In this document: piece by piece, positions 9,988 to 18,714 of the stretch
How the letters are laid out: the number at the start of each line of letters is the position of its first letter
Position numbering within the stretch: the stretch's first letter is position 1
DNA from: an uncultured delta proteobacterium
GTDB taxonomy: Bacteria > Desulfobacterota > Binatia > Binatales > Binataceae
Length of the DNA stretch: 64,000 nt
Assembly (NCBI GenBank): GCA_963808235.1
Contig: CAWEEQ010000004.1
Span: forward strand, 2,272,001-2,336,000
Reading direction: 5' to 3'
The notes under the pieces: generated by a model
Database searches by the model: none
The model's input: only the letters and a program-made list of their open reading frames with translations
What the model was told of the DNA's origin: nothing
Made by a program: the position numbers and the translations under genes

Positions 9988-11034
9988 CTAAAGCAGCGAC
10001 GAGATAATAACGATCGCGCCCTGCCCCTTGCCCTTCTCGGCTGGATCGCAAATCACCGCCTTGCTGCCGATGAACTTCATATCGGTCGGATCCATGAGGC
10101 CCGCGGCGAACGGACGGGCGATTCCTTTTTCGACCCGATAAACCGTGCCGTCGCGTTCGTTGTTATTCTCGGAAGCGAATTTGCCGGTGTCCGCGATCAT
10201 CAACTCGTCACCATATGAGCCGAAGCTCGTCGGCGACCACCCGAACCCCGAGGGCCGGATAAATCCGACCAGGTAAACGTCGTCCTTCATCTTGCCGTCG
10301 GCGCCAACCATGCTGATGCGGCCTACCTTCGACGCTCCGCCCATTTTCGCGCGCATCCCGACCAGCATCAGGTTTGCCGCCTTCGAATCGGAAGCGGGGG
10401 CAAATTTTATCGTGGTCAGCTCGAACGGGACCGGTTTGTTGTAGGTGCCAAATGCGCTCGCTTTGCCCGACGAATCGATCGAGTAGATTGTCGCGTTGGC
10501 GCTGGTCGCCGCGTAGAGCTTGCCTGCGAAGGGAGTCCCGGCAGGACCGAATTCCAGATCGCGGCACCCGGTCGCGTCGGCGTCGGGCAGTTTTGCAAAG
10601 GTGCTGACAGCGCCCGACTTGTCGATTCGTTCGACCTCGCATGGCGCCTTGATATCTCCTGCCGCGGCGAGCACGAAGACATTGTCGGCGTAGGATCCGA
10701 ATCCCGCCGGAGCAATCGCGACTCCCGCGGGATTTTTGATCTTCGCCTTGCCCGCCAGTTCCGTCACCTTGCCACCGAAGGTGACCGAGTAGACGCCGCC
10801 GGCCTGGTCCGACACCAGAATCGCGCCATGGTTATCCTGCAGGAAGTAAGGCGCGACGAGACCGGGCGCCTTGAGCGCTTTGATCTCGAATGGGACTTCC
10901 ACGTCGAGACCCGCACCTGCCGCCCGCGCGATCGAGTTGGTCATGCTCGGGAGCGCCGCAACAATCAGGGCCGCGAGACTGAACGCGGCGGCGAGAACTG
11001 AAAAATTACTTTTTCTTTTCGAGAAGTTCATCAA
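9988..11034 (-). CDS. Exported beta-propeller (NHL/SMP-30-like) protein
   Basis: Signal peptide; repeated blades (PAGVAIAPAGFGSY, PSGFGWSPTSFGSY, IADTG). Confidence 0.7.
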   Translation of the reverse strand: MMNFSKRKSNFSVLAAAFSLAALIVAALPSMTNSIARAAGAGLDVEVPFEIKALKAPGLVAPYFLQDNHGAILVSDQAGGVYSVTFGGKVTELAGKAKIKNPAGVAIAPAGFGSYADNVFVLAAAGDIKAPCEVERIDKSGAVSTFAKLPDADATGCRDLEFGPAGTPFAGKLYAATSANATIYSIDSSGKASAFGTYNKPVPFELTTIKFAPASDSKAANLMLVGMRAKMGGASKVGRISMVGADGKMKDDVYLVGFIRPSGFGWSPTSFGSYGDELMIADTGKFASENNNERDGTVYRVEKGIARPFAAGLMDPTDMKFIGSKAVICDPAEKGKGQGAIVIISSLL

Positions 11035-11221
11035 GTGCCTCGTTGACTAAGTATTTTTCGTTGGGATCCCGATCGTCGAGTTCGGACTTGCGCCGTGAAA
11101 CCCATTCCGCGAGTCCGATCGTCGCGGCTTCCGCGGGATTCGAAACCCCCATCGCTTGCGCGACTCGCATGAGCTGTTCGAAGAGTTCTTCGGGGAGATC
11201 GATCTCAATATGCTTACTCAT
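11006..11221 (-). CDS. Small ribbon-helix-helix/CopG-like protein
   Basis: HIEIDLPEELFEQLMRVAQAMG beta-alpha-alpha pattern. Confidence 0.55.
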   Translation of the reverse strand: MSKHIEIDLPEELFEQLMRVAQAMGVSNPAEAATIGLAEWVSRRKSELDDRDPNEKYLVNEALDELLEKKK

Positions 11222-11293
11222 ACGCTTGCTCAGTTCGGTTTTCCGGCGAATGTTCGCCCTTCCATATAGTCTTAGCCCGATGCGCCCGTCAAA

Positions 11294-13291
11294 ATGAATT
11301 CTGACGTGTCATCGCCAACCAAATACACCGGCACAATTGTCGAATATCTCGATCAGGGGCGGCTGAAAGCGGCGCTGGTCACGCGCGAGCAGGAACATCA
11401 TCTCGCGGTGATGGATTCCACCGGGCACGAGCGGATGGTTCCGCGCGATCTGGTCCTTATGCGACATCCGGATCGACACGCCGATCGCGAGACCGTGGCG
11501 GCGGCGCTGGCGGAGTTGGATCGCGAACGCACCGCGCTCAGCGCGGAACTGGATCTCGAACTGCTATGGGAGGTTGCCCAGGAGCAGAACCGCAGCTTCT
11601 CCGCCGCCGAGCTGGCCGAGCTGTTTTTCGGCCGGCGCTCCAATGCCGCCGCGTCGGTGATGCTCGAAGCGCTGCTCGGCGATCGGATTTACTTTGTCCG
11701 CCGGCACATGGATTTCGTCGCGCGCACGCCCGAACAGGTCGAGCGGCTCCGGATGCAGAACGATCGGATTCGTGCGCGGAGCGACGACTATCGAAAGATC
11801 CAGAAGCAGATGCGCGATGTCGTCAACGGGGCCGACGCTCCTTCGGCCGACGACGCCGCTGCGCTCGTCGATCAGCTATCGAGCTATCTGAAAAATCCGT
11901 TCACGCGGAGCCGCGAGCTAACGCAGATGCTCACGCAGGCGGCGCCCGAAGTCGATCCACCTGAAGCCGCGTACGAAATTCTGGAGCGGCTGGGAGCGCG
12001 TCCGCGGGTGCCGCGTTTCGCTTTTATCGCGGGCCTGAAAGACGAATTCAGCGAAGCGGTGATGCGCGAAGCTCTAATGAACGACACGGCCGATGCGACG
12101 CCGGGTCCGCACGCGCTCAGCGACGGCGGTTTTGCGATTACGATCGACGACGACGACACGCTCGAGGTGGACGACGCACTCAGTTGCGAGGCTCTCTCTG
12201 ACGGCGGAACGCGCGTGCGAGTACATATAGCGCTGGTCGCCGATTTCGTCAAAAAGGGCGGCGCGATGGACCTCGAGGCGGCCGCGCGCGCGACCACGGT
12301 CTATCTGCCGGAAGCCACCATCAGGATGCTCCCCGACCCGATTTCATGTGGCGCCGCGAGTCTCGTCGCGGGTGCGGAGCGGCCGGTGCTGACCACCGAC
12401 GTGAGATTGTCCGCCGACGGCGAGCTGATCGAGGCGACGATCTATCCATCGCGAATTCCGATCATGCAGCGGCTCGACTACGAGCAGGTAGATCGGATGC
12501 TCGACTCGGGAGCTTCCATCGACGAGGCCGCCGCGACCGTCGCAAGATTGGATTCAGCGGCGCGGATGCTCCGCGAACGGAGACGAACCGCGGGCGCAGT
12601 GCTGATCCAGCGTCGCGAAGCGAAAGTCCGCGTGCACGATGATGATATCGAAGTTACGGTGCTCGACAATTCGTCGCCCGGGCGGACCCTGGTCGCGGAA
12701 TTCATGGTGCTCAGCAACTTCGTCGCGGCTCGGTACGCGGCGACCAACCGAATTCCGATTATCTATCGCGTTCAGCCGCAGGTCGCCGGAGATTTTGCGT
12801 CTCAGCGCCCGCGACTCTCTCTATATCCCGAGTATCACGCGGGAATCGGCGTGGATTTCTACGCACAGCTCAGCTCGCCGATCCGCCGCTACGCCGATCT
12901 GGTTCTGCAGCGCCAATTGCTCGGCGCGCTTTCCGACCACGCGGCGCCGGTCTACAGCGTCGATGAGCTTCTCGAAGTTCTGGCCGGAGCCGAGAACGCG
13001 GAGGCCTCGGGCCGCGAGCTCGAGCGGCGCGCCAAGCGCTACTGGATTCTCCGCTACCTCGAGCGGCACGCGATGGACAGTCCGATCCTTGCTTACGCCG
13101 TGCGCGACGGGCAAAGCGCGGAACTGGCGGACTTCGCGGTGCGCGGTACGTTGCATGGCGCGCCCAATCTCCCGACCCAGATGCCGATCATGGTGCAGGT
13201 GAGTCGCGTGGATCCGTTGCGCGGATGGCTTGGGTTCGATTTTGTTCGCGTGGCCGACGAACCTTCCGCCGGGACGATCAGAAGTGTCTGA
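11294..13291 (+). CDS. RNB-domain exoribonuclease (RNase II/R family)
   Basis: ITIDDDDTLEVDDALS, LVAEFMVLSN, SSPIRRYADL. Confidence 0.92.
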   Translation: MNSDVSSPTKYTGTIVEYLDQGRLKAALVTREQEHHLAVMDSTGHERMVPRDLVLMRHPDRHADRETVAAALAELDRERTALSAELDLELLWEVAQEQNRSFSAAELAELFFGRRSNAAASVMLEALLGDRIYFVRRHMDFVARTPEQVERLRMQNDRIRARSDDYRKIQKQMRDVVNGADAPSADDAAALVDQLSSYLKNPFTRSRELTQMLTQAAPEVDPPEAAYEILERLGARPRVPRFAFIAGLKDEFSEAVMREALMNDTADATPGPHALSDGGFAITIDDDDTLEVDDALSCEALSDGGTRVRVHIALVADFVKKGGAMDLEAAARATTVYLPEATIRMLPDPISCGAASLVAGAERPVLTTDVRLSADGELIEATIYPSRIPIMQRLDYEQVDRMLDSGASIDEAAATVARLDSAARMLRERRRTAGAVLIQRREAKVRVHDDDIEVTVLDNSSPGRTLVAEFMVLSNFVAARYAATNRIPIIYRVQPQVAGDFASQRPRLSLYPEYHAGIGVDFYAQLSSPIRRYADLVLQRQLLGALSDHAAPVYSVDELLEVLAGAENAEASGRELERRAKRYWILRYLERHAMDSPILAYAVRDGQSAELADFAVRGTLHGAPNLPTQMPIMVQVSRVDPLRGWLGFDFVRVADEPSAGTIRSV

Positions 13292-13329
13292 GTTGCGCAG
13301 CCGTCGATGGTCTAGACGTTCGTTTGCGG

Positions 13330-13536
13330 TTAGACGGTTGGGCGATTGTGCAGATCTATGAATCTCGTTCTCGTTGACAGCGACAAGACTTGAGCGCGAT
13401 GGACCTCGGGGCTGCTCACATGGGTTGGTCGGATATTCGCGGTGTGAGCTGCGGCCGCGCGGGCGCGTGCACCGAGTGTCGATTGGATCGCCAGCGACAA
13501 GCCCACAATGAGTCCTGCAATGATAGTCAAGCGCAT
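13330..13536 (-). CDS. Small exported hypothetical protein
   Basis: RBS AAGGA upstream; hydrophobic N-terminus MRLTIIAGLIVGLSLAI. Confidence 0.5.
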   Translation of the reverse strand: MRLTIIAGLIVGLSLAIQSTLGARARAAAAHTANIRPTHVSSPEVHRAQVLSLSTRTRFIDLHNRPTV

Positions 13537-13605
13537 CGAGGTTTTCCTTTTGCTTTCAATAGAGTACCGGCGCGTTTCATCGCTTCAGTGTTATTGAGGC
13601 GTGAG

Positions 13606-13714
13606 AAAAGGCCGCACAAAGAGCGACCGGAGTCCGAGACAGCGCCACGCCGGGCGCCCTTTCGGGCGCCCCTCGAGCGTGACTCCCCTCTTTCCCCCAA
13701 CCCCGCAGGCGGCC
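13606..13714 (-). ncRNA. Putative structured RNA (nested stem-loop with GAAA tetraloop, then U-tract)
   Basis: Nested complementary pairs: 13610-15/13709-14, 13618-23/13688-93, 13629-34/13681-86, 13646-50/13677-81, 13652-59/13664-71. Confidence 0.4.
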
Positions 13715-13816
13715 AGGCCGTCTGAACCGACCTTGATGGTTGTCTCTTTAGCACCCCACCCCGAGTTACATCGGTTTGAATGTCTCTGTTCTTGTTCCGC
13801 GGTGCGCCGCCGTCGG

Positions 13817-14011
13817 CTACAGCGGTTTGAACGTGTCCTGCTCCAGACGCCAGCGATCGATTGATTCAATGTTGAAACGCCAGTCACTGCCGACTTTGAA
13901 GGCCGGGAGCCGTCCGCGCTTGAGCTGCCTGTAGATGGTGCTTGGATGAACCTTGAGGTAGTCGGAAAGTTCCTTGACCGTCAAAACGTGGCTGCTGTCG
14001 TTTGTAAGCAT
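13817..14011 (-). CDS. Excisionase-type (HTH_17, MerR-like) small DNA-binding protein
   Basis: VLTVKELSDYLKVHPSTIYRQLKRGRLPAFKVGSDWRF. Confidence 0.88.
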   Translation of the reverse strand: MLTNDSSHVLTVKELSDYLKVHPSTIYRQLKRGRLPAFKVGSDWRFNIESIDRWRLEQDTFKPL

Positions 14012-14136
14012 CGCTTGAGTCCCCTTTGTGGTTCCGATTCTCTTTGCCGATTGTCTCGCAGATTTTCCTGCTGATTCTCTTGCATCGCCCGACCCTTGGT
14101 CCCGTGACGGTCGCAGCGACTATTGAGAGCCCTTAA

Positions 14137-14153
14137 CGCAAGCTGCGTGCCGA
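14137..14153 (-). promoter_or_regulatory. Sigma54 (-24/-12) promoter for the HTH_17 gene
   Basis: Minus strand TCGGCACGCAGCTTGCG = GG-N10-GC, one mismatch to TGGCACG-N4-TTGC. Confidence 0.7.
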
Positions 14154-14418
14154 AGCGTCACGGGCGAAAATATCACGCAATTAAAGCGGCTTGCGGGCGC
14201 GATTGACCGCCGCTAGCGATAGGATTTTGGCGGATTAGACCGAAAATTGGCGTCGCAAGTCTAAGCGACAGCGACGCTAAACAGGCGCGTCGTCGCGCAC
14301 GCACTCTCAATCTGAGACTCGGCGAACCCCTTGATGCTCTGAATTGACTGCCAGTTCACCCGCGGTTCAGGCTTTGCCGGATGGCCTGCTATTGTTGGCC
14401 AATCCAACCCTCGGCAAT

Positions 14419-15261
14419 CTATACTTGGCCAATCAGCTCGCGGCCGGTTTCGCGCACCTGATCGACGATTGCCGCTTCGTCGACGCCGCGATTCAGCAGG
14501 ATCAGTCGGCTCACGCCCAAATCAGCGAATTGCTTCGCCGTCGAACGATCGATCTTGACCCGCGGTGTCACGCTGATTTCGAGGTCTTCAAATTTCCGCC
14601 CCGCGCTCTTGCATGCAGCCCGCAATCCCTCGATGCACTTCGCAGTCGCGTTCAGGTCGAGCGCAAACCCGTACCATCCTTTGGCCAGCCGCGCGGCCCG
14701 GCTGAACGCCTCGGCCGAGTGGCCGCCGAAGACAATTTCGGGATGCGGCTGCTGAATCGGCCGGGGCATCGCATTGACGCCCTTGAACTTGACCCATTTG
14801 CCGGCGAACTCAGGTTTGGGCATCGACCACAAAGCGATCATCGCCGCCAGGTATTCTTCGGCCCGCGCGCCCTTGTGATCGAACGGGGCTCCGATCGCGT
14901 CGAACTCGGGCTTCAGATATCCGACGCCGATTCCGAAAATCAGCCGGCCATTCGAGAGGACGTCGGTCGAGGCCAGTTCCTTTGCGAGCACGACCGGATT
15001 TCGCTGCGGCAGTATGATGATGCCGGTGCCGAGGCGAATCTTGGCGGTATGCGCAGCGACGAATGCCAGCGACACATTCGGATCGATCATGGGGTAGTCG
15101 GCCGCCACCGGCGAAGGCGGCGCTTGCGGGTCGGGCAGTATCACGTGCTCGCCGGTCCACAGGCTTTCGAAGCCGGCGTCTTCCGCGGCCTTGGCGACTG
15201 CGGCGGCGCATTTGGGAAACGCGCAGGGTCCGTTGTTGATTCCGAATAATCCGAATTTCAT
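14419..15261 (-). CDS. LLM-class F420-dependent oxidoreductase (Rv2161c-like)
   Basis: GFESLWTGEHV, IRLGTGIIILPQRNPVVLAKELAS.DVLSNGRL.FGIGVGY. Confidence 0.88.
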   Translation of the reverse strand: MKFGLFGINNGPCAFPKCAAAVAKAAEDAGFESLWTGEHVILPDPQAPPSPVAADYPMIDPNVSLAFVAAHTAKIRLGTGIIILPQRNPVVLAKELASTDVLSNGRLIFGIGVGYLKPEFDAIGAPFDHKGARAEEYLAAMIALWSMPKPEFAGKWVKFKGVNAMPRPIQQPHPEIVFGGHSAEAFSRAARLAKGWYGFALDLNATAKCIEGLRAACKSAGRKFEDLEISVTPRVKIDRSTAKQFADLGVSRLILLNRGVDEAAIVDQVRETGRELIGQV

Positions 15262-15342
15262 GAGCGACTCATTACCACGAAGCCGCGCGCCCCGGCCAGT
15301 TCATGCTTGTGCGCTATTTTGATTTTGTTTCGGCACGATCAA

Positions 15343-15372
15343 TTGACCAGACGCGCCGCGCTTCATCATAAT
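15343..15372 (+). promoter_or_regulatory. Putative sigma70 promoter
   Basis: TTGACC-N18-CATAAT upstream of 15426. Confidence 0.45.
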
Positions 15373-15425
15373 CCGAATCGCAGGGCGCAGGTGCCCGCGG
15401 CGGCGGAAGAGGTAGCGGCGGCGCG

Positions 15426-15977
15426 ATGAGATGTCCACAGTGCGGAAACGACACCGAGCAGGGCGCCGCATTTTGTTCGCGATGCGGCACGCGGATGTTT
15501 GCGCCGAAGCCGGCCGCGGTGCGCGAGTATGCGCTCGCAATATTCCGTCCGTCGCTCTGGTACTACGCCAACGGCTTGGTCGTCGCCGGAGTGCTGATCG
15601 CATTCGGCGCACGCTTGCTCTACGGCAAGTTCCAACAGGTACAGGTACCCGTCCAGGCAGGCTTCGCCATAGTCGGCGTCGGCGTGTTGATCATCATCGT
15701 CACCATGATCCGCGCGCGAACCGTCAACTGGAGCCTTACCTCCGATCGCTTGATCGAAAAGCGCGGACTGCTTGCGTCGCGGCGGCGCGAAATGGAGCTG
15801 GCGGATATTCGTTCGGTCGAGGTATCGAAGCGAGTCTTTCAGCGAATGATCGGGCTCGGCGACGTGACGATCGCATCGGCCGCGAGCGCCGACTATGCGA
15901 TCCGTCTGAACGACATCTTCGATCCCGACCATGCGGCCGAGACGATTCGCAAGGCGCGGCTCAAGAGGCTCGCGTGA
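15426..15977 (+). CDS. Zinc-ribbon plus bacterial PH-domain membrane protein
   Basis: CPQCG...FCSRCG; two TM segments; LTSDRLIEKRGLL...QRMIGLGDVTI. Confidence 0.82.
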   Translation: MRCPQCGNDTEQGAAFCSRCGTRMFAPKPAAVREYALAIFRPSLWYYANGLVVAGVLIAFGARLLYGKFQQVQVPVQAGFAIVGVGVLIIIVTMIRARTVNWSLTSDRLIEKRGLLASRRREMELADIRSVEVSKRVFQRMIGLGDVTIASAASADYAIRLNDIFDPDHAAETIRKARLKRLA

Positions 15978-16603
15978 TGAGCAAGCGGCCCGACCTGCGC
16001 TACGAACGACGGCTCTGGAAAACGGGCATCGAGGCCGTCGCCGGCGTGGACGAGGCCGGGGTCGGTCCGATGGCGGGTCCGGTGGTCGCGGCGGCGGTAA
16101 TCTTTTCGCCCGAGACTTTTATCAAGGGCGTGCACGATTCCAAGCAGCTCACTCCCGAGCAGCGCGAGGAATTATTCATCCCGATTCGCGAACGCGCGAT
16201 CGCTGTCGGCATCGGCATGGCAAGCGTGCTCGAAATCGATCGCCTCAACATCTATTGGGCCACGATGCAGGCGAGCAAGCGCGCGCTCGAAGCGCTCGCG
16301 CTCGCGCCGCGCCACGTGCTGGTGGACGGGCGGTTGATACCGGGGCTCGAGCTGCCGCAAACGCGAATCGTCGGCGGCGATCGCAAGAGCTTCTGCATCG
16401 CGGCCGCGTCGATCATCGCAAAGGTGACGCGCGATCGCATGATGGTTGCGTACGACGCTGAGTACCCCGGCTACGGCTTCGCGCAACACAAGGGCTATTG
16501 CACCAACGATCACATGGCGCTGCTGCGCGAGCTCGGTCCCTCGCCGATACATCGCCGATCGTTCTGGCCGGTCGCCGCCTCCGCCCAGCGCCTGCTCTTC
16601 TAG
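15977..16603 (+). CDS. rnhB: Ribonuclease HII
   Basis: AGVDEAGVGPMAGPVVAAA, DSKQL, IAAASIIAKVTRD, HKGY, HRRSF. Confidence 0.95.
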   Translation: MSKRPDLRYERRLWKTGIEAVAGVDEAGVGPMAGPVVAAAVIFSPETFIKGVHDSKQLTPEQREELFIPIRERAIAVGIGMASVLEIDRLNIYWATMQASKRALEALALAPRHVLVDGRLIPGLELPQTRIVGGDRKSFCIAAASIIAKVTRDRMMVAYDAEYPGYGFAQHKGYCTNDHMALLRELGPSPIHRRSFWPVAASAQRLLF

Positions 16604-16707
16604 CACCCGCGTCGTTCCCGCGTTTACCTGCAATAGCCTTCGGGTTACAGTTTGATCAGGCGCATCGCACCAGCCACTACCGGTCGGCATGCGCAGGTAT
16701 ATTCCCG

Positions 16708-17718
16708 ATGGCGCTGGAACGCGACAAACACACAGCTCAGCACGCGCTGCTGACTCTTCACGAGAGCCAGCTACTCGACCTTTATCGGCGGATGACCCTT
16801 ATCCGGCGCTTCGAGGAAAAGACCGCGGAGATGTACAGCCGCGGTAAAATCACCGGCTTCTGTCATCTCTATGCCGGCGAAGAGGCGGTCGCAGTCGGCG
16901 CGATTACCGCGCTCACCGACAAGGACTACGTCGTCTCGACTTATCGCGAGCACGGACATTGTCTCGCCAAGGGTGCCGAGCCGCGAGTCGTGATGGCGGA
17001 GCTGTTCGGCAAGTCGACTGGTATCTCGCACGGGCACGGCGGCTCGATGCACCTTTTCGATCAGGATCTGCGCTTCATGGGCGGCTATGCGATCGTCGGC
17101 GGTGGATTGCCGATCGCATGCGGACTCGCGCTGTCGGTTCAATACAACGAAGGGCCCGAGGTGGTCTGCTGCTTTTTCGGCGACGGCGCGCTGCCGCAGG
17201 GCGCATTTCACGAGACGCTCAACATGGCGTCGCTGTGGAAGCTGCCGCTGGTTTTCATCTGCGAAAATAATTTCTACGGGATGGGCACGCTGGTCCAGAA
17301 CGCGATCAGCCAGGAAGAGCTCTACCGCTTCGCCGAGCCGTACAAACTGCCGGGAGTGCGCGTGGACGGGATGGACGTGCTCGAGGTCTATCAAGCGACG
17401 ATGGAAGCGGTGGCGCGTGCTCGCGAGGGCGACGGCCCGTCGCTAATCGAAGCAGTCACTTACAGATTTCGCGGGCATTCGATGTCCGATCCGGCTGAGT
17501 ACCGCTCCAAACGCGAGGAGCGAATCTGGCAGGAGCGCGACCCGATAAAGAATTTGCACCGCCGCCTGCTGCATGAACATCGCGCCACGGAGGAGAAGCT
17601 CGCAGAGGTCGAGGCGCAAGTCGCCGCGACGATTGACGACGCGGTCAAGTTCGCCGATGAAAGCCCGGAGCCGTCACTCGATACGCTCGGCAAGGGCGTC
17701 TACGCCTCGGAGAAGTGA
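16708..17718 (+). CDS. pdhA: Pyruvate dehydrogenase E1 alpha
   Basis: GFCHLY.GEEA, GGSMH, GDGA...ENN TPP motif, YRFRGHSMSDP. Confidence 0.93.
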   Translation: MALERDKHTAQHALLTLHESQLLDLYRRMTLIRRFEEKTAEMYSRGKITGFCHLYAGEEAVAVGAITALTDKDYVVSTYREHGHCLAKGAEPRVVMAELFGKSTGISHGHGGSMHLFDQDLRFMGGYAIVGGGLPIACGLALSVQYNEGPEVVCCFFGDGALPQGAFHETLNMASLWKLPLVFICENNFYGMGTLVQNAISQEELYRFAEPYKLPGVRVDGMDVLEVYQATMEAVARAREGDGPSLIEAVTYRFRGHSMSDPAEYRSKREERIWQERDPIKNLHRRLLHEHRATEEKLAEVEAQVAATIDDAVKFADESPEPSLDTLGKGVYASEK

Positions 17719-17735
17719 GCGGGGCGAAATCTCCA

Positions 17736-18710
17736 ATGGCGCAAATCTCTTATCGCGAAGCATTGAACCAGGCGCTGCGTGAGGAACTCGATCGCGACGA
17801 GCGGGTCTTCATCATGGGCGAGGAGGTCGGCTACTTCGGCGGCGCATTCAAGGTGACCGACGGTCTGCTCGCGGTGTACGGGGAGAAGCGTGTGCGCGAT
17901 ACTCCTATTTCGGAACTGACTATTGTCGGCGCGGGCATCGGCGCCGCGATGGGCGGGCTGAAACCAGTAGTCGAGTTGATGACCATAAACTTCGCTCTGC
18001 TGGCGATGGATCAAATAGTCAATAGTGCGGCCAAGATACACTATATGTTCGGCGGAAAGGCCAATGTGCCTATAGTCATTCGCGCGCCGCAAGGCGGAGG
18101 CCATCAGCTCGGCGCGCAGCACAGCCAGAGCCTCGAAGCTTACTTTCTCCATGCCCCCGGCTTGCGGGTGGTAATCCCGGCCACGCCCGCGGACGCCAAG
18201 GGACTGCTCAAGACCGCGATTCGCCAGGTCGATCCGGTGATATTTCTCGAACACGAGTCGCTATACGGCGTAAAGGGCGAAGTGCCCGACGATCAAGACT
18301 TCATGGTGCCATTTGGCAAGGCGAGTGTAATACGCGAAGGAAAGGATGTGACGATTGTCACATACTCAAAGTGCGTATACGACGCGATCGCAGCCGCTGA
18401 GGGACTGGAGAACTCGGGTATAGACGCCGAGGTAATCGATCTGCGTACCTTGAATCCGCTGGACATCGCGACGGTGATCGCGTCGGTGAAGAAGACCGGG
18501 CGCGCGATAGTCGCCTACGAAGGATGGCGCACCGGCGGCGCAGGCGCGGAAATCGCCGCGCAAATTCACGAAGCGGCCTTCGACTCACTCGATGCGCCGG
18601 TCGCTCGGGTCGCGGCGCTCGACACTCCGATGCCGTACAACAAGCATCTGGAACATGCGTCGCTGCCGAGCGCGGGCGACATTATCAAGGCGGCGGAGCA
18701 GTTGATGTAG
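17736..18710 (+). CDS. pdhB: Pyruvate dehydrogenase E1 beta
   Basis: MGEEVG, DTPISE, GAQHSQ, DAKGLLK, IDLRTL. Confidence 0.93.
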   Translation: MAQISYREALNQALREELDRDERVFIMGEEVGYFGGAFKVTDGLLAVYGEKRVRDTPISELTIVGAGIGAAMGGLKPVVELMTINFALLAMDQIVNSAAKIHYMFGGKANVPIVIRAPQGGGHQLGAQHSQSLEAYFLHAPGLRVVIPATPADAKGLLKTAIRQVDPVIFLEHESLYGVKGEVPDDQDFMVPFGKASVIREGKDVTIVTYSKCVYDAIAAAEGLENSGIDAEVIDLRTLNPLDIATVIASVKKTGRAIVAYEGWRTGGAGAEIAAQIHEAAFDSLDAPVARVAALDTPMPYNKHLEHASLPSAGDIIKAAEQLM

Positions 18711-18714
18711 TCAA

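Noticed and set aside
13817-14011. Prophage or ICE marked by an excisionase
   Set aside because: No integrase, att repeat or phage genes nearby.
15431-15976. N-terminal extension of RNase HII (390-aa ORF)
   Set aside because: It overlaps the PH-domain gene in another frame; RNase HII homology starts at about 15977.
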